A stretch of DNA of 64,000 nucleotides, taken from the NCBI GenBank assembly GCA_013265495.1, contig MU058844.1, positions 3,171,819-3,235,818 of the forward strand, given 5' to 3'. Positions within the stretch are counted from its first letter, which is position 1, and the number at the start of each line of letters is the position of its first letter. Of this stretch, positions 1 to 14,299 are shown one piece after another. The stretch is from Vicugna vicugna (lineage: Eukaryota). The notes under the pieces were generated by a model. That model made no database searches and was not told where the DNA came from. It was given only the letters and a program-made list of their open reading frames with translations. Position numbers and translations under genes: made by a program.

Positions 1-1053
1 ATGAAGGTCCTTTGTATTCAAAAGAAGACACAGTAAGGGCAGCAGAGAGGAAATGGAAGGGCCTCATAAATAGTTCTTCCTGAGACTGTCCAAGAATTTC
101 GTCCAAATGGAATGAGTGATGCTTTCTATCCCTTTACCTTACTCACTGAATTGGCCATTTTGGCCTCAATAATTCTTGCTGCTTACTAAGTTGTGTTTTG
201 TGTATTTATTATGAAGTCTTTGTTTCTTTTTGAAAAGTAATTTTGCCATTTGTTGCCTTTCCTGATCGATGCCTTTCCAATCACCGTTAATGACTATTGA
301 TTGTGACAACTTTCAGCTTCAGATGGAGTAACTGCCTTAATATAGAGAGATTTTTTATATCCAATCAAAATATATTTTTATCTAAATCTCTCAAATATGT
401 TTCAGATAGAGCATTTATAGGAACTATATGCATACACTGTAGAAACGTTTGTATACATCTTAAGACACTTGCTCTGTCTAGACAGTTACCCTTATCTAGA
501 TGAGGAATTATCTATATGATAATTGGAAAATTACTATGGGCTTGTATAAGTTACTGAAGAAATTTAGGAAAGCCTATAGATTTCACATCTAGAGAATCTG
601 TTCATTTATCATAATTCTCAGGTGCCTCGTTGTGCAGTAGGTAGCACCTCAGTCTCATAATTCTCAGATAGTTTAACTTTTCAGTGAATAGAACTTTTCT
701 TAGAGTTATAAGGGTTAGAGGTCATGGAATTCTAAACATCTATTCAATGCAAAAGTCTCTGACAGTTAATAATGCAGATTTTGCATGTCATTTCCAGAGA
801 TGAGGAACTCACTACTTTGTAAGCATAACATTCCATGCCTAATTGAGGATGAGTTTGAATCCTTCCTTTCCGTTATCCTTCTACTTCTCCAATTCAGTTT
901 ATCTCAGAGTCCTATAGAGTAAGTCCTCAATATTTTCTCTCATCTCCATCCCCTTCATTACTCCCCTTTTTATGTCCTCATCACTTCCAATTGCATTACT
1001 GAAATAGCCCAGTCTTCCCAGAGAGTTCTCCTCACCCCTTGCAACCATTAATT

Positions 1054-2012
1054 CATTAATTCACTTTTTTTCTGATCTTATTACATTTAATGACTTTTTA
1101 TTGAAGCATAATTGATTTGCAATATTGTGCTAGTTTCTGGTGTACAGCATAGTGATTCAGTGTTATATTATATATATATATTCTTTTTCAGATTCTTTTC
1201 CATGATAGTTTATTATAAGATGTTGAATATAGTTCCTTGTGCTATACAGTAGGTTCTTGTTGTTTATCTATTTTGTATATAGTAGTTTGTGTCTGCTAAT
1301 CCCAAACTCCTAATTTTTTCCTTCCCAACCTTTCCCGTTTGGTAACCATATGCTTGTTTTTTATGTCTAAGAGTCTCTGTTTTGGAAATAAGTTTATTTG
1401 TACCATTTTTTTAATTCCACATATAAGTGATACATGATATTTGTCCTTCTCTGTCTGACATTCTTCACTTAGTATGACGATCTATAGGTCCATCCAGGTT
1501 ACTACAAATGGCATTATTTCATTTTTTTAATGGCTGAATAGTGTGTGTGTGTGTGTGTGTGTATATATACATATATATATACCACAGCTTCTTTATCCAA
1601 TCATCTGTCAATGGACGTTTAGGTTCCTTCCATGTCAGGGCTATTGTAAGTAGTGCTGCTATGAACATTGGGATGCATGTATCTTTTTGAATTAGAGTTT
1701 TCTCTGTATATGTGCCTAGGAGCAGTATTGCTGGATCATATGGTAAGCCTATATTTTAGTTTTAAATCTCTATACTGTTTTCCATAGTGGCTGCACCAAA
1801 TTACATTCCTACCAACAATACAGGAGGGCTCCCTTTTCTCCACACCATCTCCAGCATTGATTGTGGACATTTTAATGATGGTGTGTGACGATATCTCATT
1901 GTAGTGTATTTGCTTTACATTTCTCTAATAATTAGCAATGTTGAGCATCTTTTCATGTGCCTGTTGGCCACGTGTATGTCTTCTTTGGAGAACTGTCTAT
2001 TTAGGTCTTCCG
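1054..2012 (-). mobile_element. 5'-truncated LINE-1 (3' UTR and ORF2 tail), cetartiodactyl type
   Basis: L1 3'-end motifs in reverse orientation (e.g. tttctggtgtacagcatagtgattcag, gctatgaacattgggatgcatgtatc, gttgagcatcttttcatgtgcctgttggcca); 13-bp target-site duplication GCAACCATTAATT at 1041-1053 and 2013-2025. Confidence 0.9.
1541..1580. repeat. (GT)n(AT)n microsatellite inside the L1
   Basis: gtgtgt... run followed directly by an atat... run. Confidence 0.9.
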
Positions 2013-5000
2013 GCAACCATTAATTTATAATGCTATCAGAGTAGTTTTTAAAACTGGACATCTGCTTCTGTCACCTGCTGCTTTAAACCAGACTTCTTGA
2101 CATCATATTAAAGACTCTGGTCCCAGCCAACCTCATTCTTTCTCTCCAACCTCATGCCTATAGCCAGCTTTCAGTTACATCCTGTACTTCAGCCAGTGAA
2201 TAACCTTTGTAGAGAGCTAGCATTTCCTCACACCTCCCTATGTTTGTATGTGTGATTCCTTCTACCTGAAGTCTCCTCCTCTGCCTTCCTATGGCCAAGC
2301 TATTGTTTCAAAATTCAACTGGGGCTCTGTGAAGCTCCCACAGCACACACGCATACCTGGACTCATCACACTAAATTAGAATTGTTTTCTTCTTTATTTT
2401 TCAAAGACTGTAAACTTTGTATACCCAATATCTACAGTACTATTACAGTACCTGAAATATAGCCAGGTACTCAATTTTGAATGAACGTGAGAGATTTCTG
2501 TTAAACAAAATATTACCTATGCATGGGTCTATTATCTATACATGGATCTATTTTCCAGATAATAGCCCTAATATTTGAAGACAGATATTATGTCTAAATA
2601 TATCTTCTTATTCTTAACATCTCCTTTAATCCACAGCCTGGCCATACTTGCCTTGGTGACCGCAAATTCTTTTTGAACAGATTTCCTGTTCAGAATACTG
2701 TTAGATCAGAACTTATAACCTCATCTTGCCTTCTGACCATCTGTTTCCAAAATTCTTAACACACCATCTAAAATCTATCCAATTTATTTCCTAAGAGTAA
2801 AACTAGCTATGTTCTGAATAACTCACTTCCTCTGTCATCACTTATTCCTAAAGGTATCCCCTCCAAGAGAAAAATCACTAAAACCTCATTTTATTAAGTC
2901 ATCTAATCTTTGCCTCCAAGCTTTTTTTCAAGCTACCTCCTAAGTGTGGTAATACATTTAGGTTAAACAGCTCCAGTAATGGTTGAGGGACAAGGGCAAG
3001 AGCTTACAATGGCATCTTATCAAGAGAGTGCCTAGCTTTGATGAGCAAGAGAGGATGTTTGTCAAATTCTGTGTCTTAACTCAAAAAGTTAACACTGCTG
3101 GAAAATCTACCAAGCTAATAAGCGTTTTCTTTGTTTTCATGTAATTAGCTTTGAAAGATCAATCCTTGGGAAAGTCTTTCATTCCTCCTTAGAATTATTT
3201 AGGAAGGTGTTTGAAGGATCTAGAGAGAAAATCAACAAATTACCTGACCAATATATGGTACTCCTAGGACTTTCTAGGTGGAAGAATCAGTCTGTATAGA
3301 ACAATACAAGTAGATAAGCATACCAGCTTTTAAAAAAAATTAACCCTGGTAACAAAATTACCATCAGATTTTCAGTACCTCCCCAGTTTGAGAATAGGTA
3401 TGGTACGTAGATATCTGTGATATTACTTCCTGTACTTAACCATATGTTTAAATTTTCCATAATTCAAAATAAAACTAAAAATAACTTTTAAAAGCTATGT
3501 AGAACATTTCCCTTGTATTGCCCCACTGCTTTATTTAATTCCTTATGCATCTGTTAAAGTTACAAACAACAACAACAACAAAAAATAAAGTTATAAACAA
3601 GAGTATATACTATACGTGAAATTTATTGTCAATATGAAGTATTTACCTAGGCTCTGGTGGTTTTTTCCAGAATATTTACGTATTATGTCATAAGTACCAA
3701 AACTAGTCAGCTCTTCAAAAGCTGTTGTCTTTTTTTTTTTTCTAATGGCACTAGAATAAACGTAGGATAAGTACTTCTCTCTCCATTTTAGATGAGTGAA
3801 TAGGGTTGTAAAGGATTCACTGACTTGCTCTGTGTTTTCTTGAATCACTACATCAAGTTTCCTGAAATGATAACATATTTTATAGCCTCCAGAAAGCTTC
3901 TAGTCATTAAATGTCTGCATACCTTAATCACCTCTACCATTACTGCCCATGTGTAACAACTTAAATAATGACAGCTTTCTGAATTTACTGATACAGTAGA
4001 ATTTTTGTTTACTATTTAGATTTCTAGATATAAATTTTAAAGCCCAGTTATTAAGATTAATTAAGAGAGAAAGTATTGTACTTCATGGTAATTTAAATTA
4101 TTCTTGCCTTACACTTTCCAATTACTGATTCATTGCTAAGTGAAGTACAGAATTGCTATTTCAGATATATATCTAGTTGTTAGATTCTAGTGTGTTAGTG
4201 GTCATCAGTATGTCTTTTAGAATCTTAGAAATAATCATATAGAACATAAATTTATTTTTGAGCATGCTTTCAAAGTATCTAAAGCATTGTTTTTGGATTT
4301 TAGTGTCAGAGTGCATTAGTCTCATTATTTTGGTTAGAAATTCATTGCTTAGTCTTTGCATCTATATGGAGGATCTCATAGGCTCCATCTATAATAAGCA
4401 GCTTATCCAATATGTTAATTTTTTAAATGCTGCTCAAAAAAAGAGGCTGCCTTCTTCTGATAAACCCCAGACTTTAATAACATGTCCTCTGAATTAATTC
4501 TGTAAATACAGTACTAAAGTTCAGTGCAGCGATCTGGGCTGTTTAATTAGCTCACTGCTGCACTGCTGGGATAACATTTCTGGTTGAGGAAGTAGCGTTG
4601 GTTTTCATTATTTGGGCTCTGGTTCATAGTTCAGTGATCATTTCAAGTTTTCTTAAAGAATTGCTTGTCTTTGCTTTCAGAGAAGACCATATGCTCTGTT
4701 GCTTAATCATTACTCAGAAACACTTACTAGTGTTCTTGCCATGACAGTATAGCCATTGATTTGGCCTTAACAAAACAAATGGTGGCAATCTTCTAGACAT
4801 AGAGGGATCCTGTATGATCAAAAAATTATCTGAGTTATTAGTTTAACTAGTATATAAGTCACACAGATAGAACTTAAGTCTCAACTACTTTATTATTTCA
4901 AAGCTCTTTAAACTTTTAAAATCTCCTTTTTAATGATGAATATGGATTATAAAATTTTAAAAACCCTTTTGAAGCTGTATACAGTTTAACTGTATTTTCA

Positions 5001-5129
5001 ACATTGTCCAGTAAATTGTATTATTTTTACATATACTAGAGAATATGAAGGCTTAATATAAAATGTGGCAGGTTATGTGGTAAAATGAAGAATATAAACA
5101 CCTTTCATTTCGTGTCCACTAGAAAAAAA

Positions 5130-5310
5130 CTCATGATCTAATTTTATCCTCACAGCCACAATAGAACATTGTCCCCATTTTGCACAGGGGAGAGCTAAAG
5201 AATCAGAGCAGTTAAGGCATTTGCTCATGGCCACACAGCTGGTAAATTTTGGAATTAGAATTCAAATCCAGGCATGCCTTTCACTAAAGCTCAAGCTCTT
5301 TCTAAATGTC
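5130..5310 (-). mobile_element. MIR SINE remnant (approximate ends)
   Basis: ccccattttgcacagggga...gttaaggcatttgctcatggccacacagctggtaa...ttcaaatccaggc resembles the MIR core. Confidence 0.7.
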
Positions 5311-8008
5311 ACATTGCCTCTTCCTCAAAGCCAAGTTTAAGATTCATCTTTCCCATAATAATCTTTCCAACAGATTTTAATTTTATCAGCACTAATTTAT
5401 GTACTATACCATCAGATTTATGTAGTTCTTAGAATTGGTTTTCTTACTAGTCCATGACTTGTCAAGGCTAGTAAATGTGTATATTCCCTAGGTCCAGACA
5501 CTGCTTCCTTTTATGCCCCACAGTAAGAAGTGCTCTGGACAAAGTATACAGTCATTTACACTGGTTATGCCAGAATGTGATTGCAGAGAGCTTTCACTTT
5601 CCACACTATACATATCTGTATTGTTTGAATTAGAAAAAATACACATACATAGTTGTAGATAATTATCTATACCTAGTACTAAAAATGATAGTATATCTGG
5701 TGTTACTGTTTGACTTCTTGCATATTAAAAAAAAAAGGAGTTAAACAGAGGAGGCAGCTTAATTATTTTTCTGTTTATAATAGTCATGGATAAGGTTTTA
5801 AGAATCTGGGAAAAGATGACTCAGACACAGAAATAAGAATGTGAGGCTATTAAGTACTGAGCATTTCACTTTTAAAGACATGGAGAGGAATTATAAAGGA
5901 TAGTGAGAATGTATATAAACAGAAAGAGGTGGCAAAACATATACAAGAGAAGCATCAGCATGATGGGAGGAAAGAAAGACACTTTATACTTAAGAAAATG
6001 AGAGAAGTAAAAACATTACAATCTTTAGTTAGAATAAGACACCTCAAAAAACAGTAAAAGGAATATGAAAGGCCATAAATGCATGCTATGATATCAGTAG
6101 AATCCTGGTAGCTCAAAGAGATTTACCATGACCAAACCAAAATGATGACATTTTCATCCTTTTTGGTAGATATTTAGTGTGGAAGTGTTCTTGCTGTCCT
6201 ATAAACAAGGCACTACTACTTGGAAAAATTAATTTTTGCTGTGATAAATTCTTTGATGGTGGAGTGGCTTCATTTCATACAATTTACGCTGAAACAATGA
6301 ATTTACCAAGTATAAAAAATTAAATTAAAAAAAATAGATGAATAAAATAAGAACTGACTTGAAAATGGCCAAACACACTTTACTCAATGCAGGGATTGTG
6401 TGATGGTAGCAGAGCATTAGAAAGAGCCTAGAATTTGGAACCAAGAAAGCCAGAGTGCAGGGGAGGTGAGTCTTGACAAGGCAAGGGACTTAGCCATCAG
6501 GACATTTTTTCTTTTAAGAAATAGGCATCCTTAAAGTTCAAGATGATCCCATGAGGTCAGAAACTAAGCAACAAGCAAGCAGAAAGTGAGCATAAATAGA
6601 TGTGAGAAGTAAGTCTAATCATTGGGTCAGAAACTGAGGAGGCGAGCAGAAGATGTAGAGGACACAGTTATTGGAGTTCAGAGAGCTATGGACAAAGAGT
6701 GGTTACTAGTATGGTTACTGGCAAAGAGTGAGAACCTGGGGGGCATAGATTTCGGAAGAGAAAGGTAAAGTAGATAGTCAGAGCTTGCCTGGTGGTCTGG
6801 AACCAGGAAATTCCTAACAACTCGGTGAGTAGAGTAAGCATAACACTTTGATTATGTGAAAAGCTGTCTCCAGAAGTTTCTCCATCATTATCATAAAGAC
6901 ATTTCTTAAAGAAATCAGTATTTCTAGGTCTCAAAGTGTAGAAATAGGAAGACGCACCTGAGCAGACACAGCTTACTGTCAGGTTTTCATGATGATAATC
7001 ATTCGGTAATTTTATCTACAATATTTCAAAGTTGGTGTACCCTTCCTGTCTCTGCTACAAAGTGACTCCTTATCTGTCATCTCAGCCCCCTATCACTAGA
7101 AAATCATCTAAACTATTTCTCTTGTAACTATGATTTACTCTTGTGTTTCCCCTTTCAATTCACTTACTTGATTATTCGTATTCTGATGACATTTTCCCAC
7201 CTGTTAGGTGATGCCCTCAACTTAACTAAATGAGGTATTTTACTTGAACAACTAGTTTCAACTATGAGCCAGTGAATCCCCAATACCTATTCCTGAATAA
7301 CATCTGAAGCAGATTCTGTAACTTTCTGGGAACTTTCGACTATGAAAACTTTGTAAAAAGATTTCCCCTCCCCCTCACTGTCTCTGTGTACTTTTTCTCC
7401 CTCCCTCCCTCCCCTCTCAGAGTTATGACTCTTCCAATATTAAGGACAGAGAGGATGAAGGAGGGGAAAAGGGCAAAATCTCTTTTTTCTTGGCTAGATT
7501 CCACTGCAAGCCCCTTTGAAAGTTGATGCCTTCAGCATGGCAGACATCCAAATACTGAATCTCTTGTAGGTACATGTGGGAACATTTGGAAGAGCCCGGT
7601 GGGGCCATCGGTAGGAACTGGTACCGATACACCACTAGCTAGAAGGCAGGATTCTGGCTTGACATGGGGTTCAGTTCTAGCTTCCTGCCTCCCTGAGGTC
7701 TAGCCACATCTTCTGTCATTAAAACTCCAAGCTTGTAGATTTATGACTTATTTCCTGGTTCAGTAATCCCCTAGCTGATATCTGCTTACTGCACCCTGGC
7801 TGTCCTTCTTTTGAGTTCTCTATTTCCACTACTGCAGATTTTTTCTTTGTTTGCACTTAGCTGTTTATTAATACTATTTGCTATGTGTTTCCTAGTGTTT
7901 ACACACCACACATACACACGCATTTGGGGAGTGGGGTTGCATAATGCACTAGATCTGAAGAAGGATTCTAATATGTGAATTCTGAAAAATGCTCACCAAA
8001 TGAGTCTG

Positions 8009-8400
8009 TGTTATGGATGGAATTGTATCCTCTCCAACCCAAATTCATATGTTGAAGCTCTAACCCCCAATGTAGCTCTAGGGCATTTGTGGAGGTAATT
8101 AAGGGTTAAATAAGATCATAAGGGTGGGGCCCTCATCCCACAGGACTGGGGTCATTATAAGAAGAGGAAGAGACACCAGAGATCCTTTTCCTCCATGCAC
8201 GCACACAGAGGAAAGGTCATGTGAGGACACAGCAAGAAGGTAGCTGTCTACAAGCCAGGAAGAAAGGACTCACCGAAACCAACCTTTAAGGCACCTTGAC
8301 CTTGGACTTCTAACCTGTGAACTGGATGAATATAAACTTCTGTTCCTTAAGCCATCCAGCCTGTGGCATTTTATTACAGCAGCCCTAGCAGACTAATACC
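8009..8400 (+). mobile_element. Solo MaLR LTR (MLT1A-like)
   Basis: Begins tgttatggatggaattgt...aaattcatatgttgaagctctaacccccaatgt and ends gcagccctagcagactaatac; 5-bp TSD GTCTG at 8004-8008 and 8401-8405. Confidence 0.88.
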
Positions 8401-8969
8401 GTCTGATTATCAGTGCCCATGTCCATGCCTACTGAGGAGCTCTGCACCAGACCCCCTTGAACTCTTAACAACTGTAACCACAGTGGGAAACCCCAACTCT
8501 GAGTCTCCAGAGAATATTGTGTGGACCTATATTGCTATAAAATTGTACTCTAAATTTGCCTGGGCCTTGGATAACATTTTCTTTGCTCTTGCTCATCCTT
8601 CAGTTTCTTTAATCAACCCATTCCATTCCTTACTTAGCCTTACTCCGTTTTGGCTGGTGAGTATAGGAACTGCTGTTATATCAGGAATATTGAGATGACA
8701 TTTTTGAGCCTATGTTATCCTTCCTCTAAACTTAAACTTTCTTTTTCCTTTTTCTTCTACATCAGAAAAGAGGTGTTCCTCTTTCTTTTCAAGGTGAATC
8801 CCCTCTGTTTTAGATCCTCCCTTCTCCTGACCTCTGCACATGCTGCCCAGCATTTTCAGCTTCCCTCCTTTGACCCCTTCTTCTCTGCCATCAAAAATGC
8901 ATAAATCAAAAAATTGACTTTCAGTGACCTGGTTTTTGATGTCTGGTAAATTGGCTTTTTTTTCCAATA

Positions 8970-9175
8970 CAACTGATCCTTGAACAACCCAAGTCTGGGT
9001 CCACTTGTATGTGGATTTTTTTCAGTACCACTTTTTCTGTACCATTCTCATTTGGTTGAATCCAAGGATTCAGAACCTCTTGTGCAGAGGGAGGGCTGAT
9101 TGTAAAGTTATAGGCAGATTTTCAGCTGCCAGGAGGGTGGCCGCCCCTAAACCTGTGTTGTTCAAGGGTCAACTG
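8970..9175. mobile_element. Tigger2/MER8-like non-autonomous TcMar element (MITE)
   Basis: Terminal inverted repeats caactgatccttgaacaac / gttgttcaagggtcaactg, flanked by TA on both sides. Confidence 0.82.
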
Positions 9176-12100
9176 TATTTCTATCTGGAAGAAAAAAAAT
9201 GACCCTGAAAGGAGTTCCCTCAGGTCACAAGAATAAAAGAACAAGGCAGTGGATATAAATTTAGAATTCATCATTGAAGAGGTGATAGTTCATTTATTTA
9301 TTCATATAAAACTAATTTAATTTTAAGCACCCATTATGTGCCAGATCTTATTAGAGGTGGCATGTAATAAGTGTTAATAAATGTTTCTTTGTGTAAAAAA
9401 ATAGATGAATTACTACCTTGATGATAATGCCTCCTAAATAGATATATTTCATGTTTTTTTTCCATAGTAAGCTGAGAGGATATTTGTCAAGATCAACAAA
9501 TAATTAATGAATAAATTAATGAATAACACTATCCTTATCTTCAAGGGGCCAAAGTCATGAAAATGGGTGAACTTTATGAAAGTTAAGATAGAAAGAAATG
9601 CTCAAGTGTAAGAACTTTATTGGAAATAGCCAAGGAAAGAGAAAGAAGAACCAGTGAAGAACACAAGAGAGTATCAGGACAAAGGAGGGAAAGAGACCAT
9701 GGGGTACATCAGCTACCTAAAGGCACCATAAAAAATGGAGCTCTTCTAGCTCCACTCTAAATGGTCCAAATCAGAAACTCTGCTGCTGTGGCCCCAGGAG
9801 TGTGTGTTGCTAAGCTCACACTGGTAATTCTGCACATTCCTAATATCTTGAAAAACAGAGAAGTTTCAAAGGAAAGGTGGAAAAATTATATAAAAATATA
9901 AGCACTAAAAAATCTGAAAAACATAAAGTGTACCACAAATGTGAGAAAATCCTTCTGATTTTCCTATTTTTAGCATAGAAAGATACTGACGTAAGCATAC
10001 ACCAGGGATGGTGGAACAGAAAGCCATAAGCCTGGGTTCTTGATGGCTATGTTCAGCAGCTAAATCGATCATACCATCATCTACTTATGAACTTCTGTTA
10101 TGAGAATAACTCCCTATTCATTAAAATAAAGTAAGTAGGGTAAAAATGTATATTATTGTTTACAGTGCATTTACTTCGTAATAAGGGGTAAAGAATGAAT
10201 GCTTAAGAATAGTAACAGTTACTGAGCACACCAAGTGTTCTGTTCAGAGTTTTGTATAAACAACTCACCAAAACCTCAAGACAACCTCCTATTAGTGGGA
10301 AAATACGAGCTACTCATGGAGGTGAAGGATAACAAAGGTAGTAAATATATGTTTCATACATCATGAAAAGATAGGAAAATGGATGTGGGAAACTTGCTAA
10401 TTCTCAGGTACATCTGGCATTTCTCCTGCCCATCTTTCGCATTAATTTAAATCTTATATCTGTTTTGTGGCACAAGTCAAACCCACATCCTCCTTTAGGA
10501 AATCTTCCTTGACAACATTTAAATAACATCTTTCCCTTTTTTTGATTCTCTGGAATTTAGATTTAGAGCCATGACCCTATGACCTAGATTATACAACATT
10601 TGGTGGTAGAAAAAAATGCCTTAGACCTAGAAGAGTACAGGATGTTAAATAATTCCTGTCAAAGGATGACATTTAAGCGTTTTACATTTTTCACTTATAA
10701 AAATGTTCCATTATGTGACTTGAAAATTTTTATTTTAGGTTTACCTGTAATCATCTTAATTTAAGTCAGCAAATGTAGTTAATTGGTTACTAATAGATAA
10801 CAGTTCTCGTGGTTTTGAGCTAAGTTATGTTTCTCTTCACATCTCTCTCTGGTGATCCAGGTTAATGGAAATTTGAGAATATATGTAACTACTTTTTATG
10901 AAGCATTAAATATTTTTCTTCTTTTGCCTCCCTACACAAGTTAGTTCTCTTTAGCTTCCTGCAGTGATTAGAACTGACACATTCCCATATGTATAAATGC
11001 ATATTTTGGAAAATATGGTTTTAACAATGTTCTGCTGTTGGTATGTCTCTATTTTGTACTATTGCTAGAGGAATGTGACAGAATTCTTGAGGAAATAAAG
11101 ATCCCAGTGTTTCCCTTTACACTTAATTACACTGAGAATTTTAGAAAGCTATCTCCATGAGTTACACAGGACTAGTTCATATTGAATTGATCAGCTTATC
11201 AGAAAAGATGTCAGTAGTTTAGATTTATGCCCCTAAAAGGAATATACTTTAATAGTTTGCAAAATACATTACTCTGAATACATGGCCTATCTTCAAACAA
11301 TGTTAACATCCCAAAAAGTAACTGGCCATAGGATTTAAATAGGTTTATAAATTTGCATTGGAACTAAAGATATTCAAAACTTATTAAAATACATTTATAA
11401 GATTAAATATTTAAAAATAAATTGAATTATTATATTATTATTATATCACTGGATCAATTAAATCCATGGAATAAGTGAGTTCTAAGATTAAAAGGATTTG
11501 GTTTTATCATATACAGTGGCATCTTCAAATTTAAGTAGTTTCACTTTTTTAGGAAATGCTAATTAAGCAATCAAAAATTTTCTTGATTTTTACAATTAAA
11601 AATATGCCATTAAGATTTCAGTGCTAAACTTCTGGGAGAAAAAAATGCGTTTCCTAATGTAATGTGTACAGTTATTTATATATTGCTTTCTATTTGAAGA
11701 ATGAAAATATAAAAATCAAACTACACAGTACAATCATCTTGACTATGACAGCAAAAATATCTTATTGTATGTGACTCACATTTCATTAAAATGCATATAA
11801 ATATGTTCTGGGATATATGTGTATATAATCTACATAAATGAAAACTCTATTGAAATCATGTTCTGAAATGAAGATGCTGAGTAATTTTTCATGACCACAA
11901 CACTTTAAGAGAGTATATTTTATTATTTGGAACTTCAATAAACCCACAAAGTGAACAGATTCTAGTTTAATCTATTATCCATTTTGCTAGTGCACTATAG
12001 CAATGAGTCATATATTACTTTAATGTCAAATTCTTGATTAAAGTAGAATACATAATTCAATTTTCTACTGCGACTTCCTTGGAGGAAAAGTTGGACGAGA

Positions 12101-13471
12101 GCCAGTGATTCTTAAATGCCTCTAAGCTGTTTCGAAAAGTTAATCTGTTCTTCTGTTAAGAAGTTTTGAAATAGTGTCAGGAAGGGCTATTGTACCCACC
12201 AACCAATTTCTTAACAGTGATTAAAGAGGAAATATTGTGCTATCTTGCCCGGTGCTAATTTTGCATGTCAAGGGCACAGCTCAAAAGGTTGGTAGTGTTT
12301 GACCTGATAAGACACATAAGTTGATAAATATGTTTTTTTCAACAGGGTTAACTTAATTTTTTGCTTTTTAAACTTTTTACATATTTTGTTTCTAATCCTT
12401 CCAAAACATTTTAATATAAACGCTACCAGAGTGAACCTACATAATAAAGTCCTTCGCATCGCCTGTTTGCTTTTAGGAAGACGTTACTAACATTAATTTT
12501 TCCAGTCCTGGAGTTAAGAGAAAGGAGGAGCCTCTGCAGAGCTTATCTTTTGTTCTGATGAAGTGGTACTGAAAACACTGACAAGGTCTCTCGAAGAGCC
12601 GCGACGGTAAGTTGCAGAAATAAGACGAAGATGGAGCACGATGTCATAGGTAAGACACGAATCTTTACACACGTATGTATGCGTGTGAAGGAAAAACCGT
12701 TTTGTCACTCCAGCGGTTTTTTATTAACTTGCAAAATCTATTGAAGGTTGGGGCAAAGCCGGTCACCTTTCAGCGTATCAGTCTCGGCACGTTACCCTGT
12801 GTTTCGTTTTGTTTTCATTTTCTTTTCATCCCAGGAAAGGTGCTGGTTCGAGATGCTACACGTGAACTAAAAGAGCCAACAGCTTGGCATAGGTAGAAAA
12901 AGCAAACTCAAAACGAAAACACGGGGACTCTGAGCGCGGATCCTGAGAGGCCTGCCTGCACCGGCCCAACGCCTGCGTTAACCCTTTAGGCGCTGCAACA
13001 GGGATCCCCGGAGTCTACAGGCCGACTAGCAGGAACTGAGATGGGGAGCAGGGGCCCGTTGGGGGTGAGGGCTGTCCTCCCCAAGGAGGCACTTCTGTCG
13101 TCCGGCGCCTGGTCAGGGCCCAGGACAGGCACCGAGTCCTTACGGAGTGGAGCAGAGACGCGGCGAGGAACCGCTCAAATGTCCGCAGACGCGGGCGTCA
13201 GCTTAACCTGTCCTCGCCAGGAGTGCTCGCTCGCCGAGTCCACCCGCCCAGCTCCGGTGCTCTGGAGGGGCGCAGGCCCGGGGGCGGCTCGGGCGGGGCC
13301 CCAGGTGAAGGGCGCTCGAGTTCGCCTGCGGCAGTCATTGCTCTCCAGCCTCCACAGTCGCGGGAGCCGCCCGGACCCGCACCGAAACAGCAGCTGTGAC
13401 TGACGAAGTCACCGCCCGGCGCGCCCGAGCCACCCCCTCCTCCCCCGCCGCCCCCCCCCCCCCCGATACGC

Positions 13472-13519
13472 CATGGAAACACATCATGGAAACACGGACG
13501 TCAGAGCCTCTCAGCCAAT
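13472..13519 (+). promoter_or_regulatory. Promoter motif cluster: two CATGGAAACAC (RFX half-site-like), CRE-like GACGTCA, CCAAT box
   Basis: CATGGAAACAC at 13472-13482 and 13485-13495; GACGTCA at 13497-13503; CCAAT at 13515-13519 in AGCCAATC context. Confidence 0.55.
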
Positions 13520-13826
13520 CCCTGGCAGCGGCCGGAGGAAAGGAGCGAGCGGGAGGGGGCGGGGGCAGCGGCCGGCCGAGGCGTTCGGCGAAGGAAGAGA
13601 GGGAGGGGCGCGCGGAGGCGCGAGTCCCCCGCCCCTCACTCGGGCCACCCTTTCCCCACCCAGCGGCAAGTTCTAATCGCCGGGGGCGCGCTCGACAGCC
13701 GGCGGCGCGCTCGCCGGGTCCTCCCCTTAAACGTCCTCTCCGCGCCGCTCGGCTCCTAGTCTCCGTCCTAGTCGCGCTTCCTCCGCGCGCGCGTGCCTGC
13801 CCGCCCCCAGGCTCCCCGCGGGCCGC

Positions 13827-13836
13827 GTCACGTGAT
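13827..13836. promoter_or_regulatory. E-box / CLEAR-like element GTCACGTGAT (USF or MiT-TFE type)
   Basis: 9/10 match to the palindrome GTCACGTGAC, just upstream of the GGC-rich candidate first exon. Confidence 0.7.
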
Positions 13837-13839
13837 CGC

Positions 13840-13968
13840 GCCTAGCCAAGGCGGCGGCGGCGGCGGCGCGAGCTTCGGCGGCGGCGGCGGCAGTGGCAGT
13901 TGCTGCGCCGCCAGCGTGGAGCGGGAGGCGTGAGGGTGTGGAGAAAAGGGAGCGCCAGACCAGAACGG
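13840..13968 (+). other. Candidate non-coding first exon 1a (start approximate)
   Basis: GGC-repeat 5'UTR-like sequence with no ATG, ending at donor CGG|gtgaga (GT at 13969). Confidence 0.55.
13850..13891 (+). repeat. (GGC)6, 9-nt spacer, (GGC)5
   Basis: Counted directly: 13850-13867 and 13877-13891. Confidence 0.92.
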
Positions 13969-14299
13969 GTGAGAGTTCTCCTCCCCTGTCTTCCCCGGCA
14001 ATCTTGCGGGCCACCCGGTGCAAACGGGGCCCCTGCCCGAAGCTTCGCGAAGCCCCCTTGTGCTCGACCGTCCGCTTCCCGGGGGCCGCGGGCCTCGCCT
14101 GGGGCGGACCGGGCTGCGGTGCTCACGAAGGGGCTGCACCCCGCCCGCTGCTGCTGTTGCGGACGGCGGCGTGAGGCCGGCAGAGCTGCCCGTGGTGAGC
14201 GCGGCGCGCCCTGTGTGCCGCTCTGCGGAGCCTAGGAGGCGGGTCCTGCGGGGACGCGGGCGGCCACTCGGCGGCTGCCGGGCTCTGGGCGGGGGCCAG

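Noticed and set aside
6555..6640. Short direct repeat ggtcagaaact.ag ~70 bp apart
   Set aside because: Two short imperfect copies, probably within a decayed repeat; no further structure
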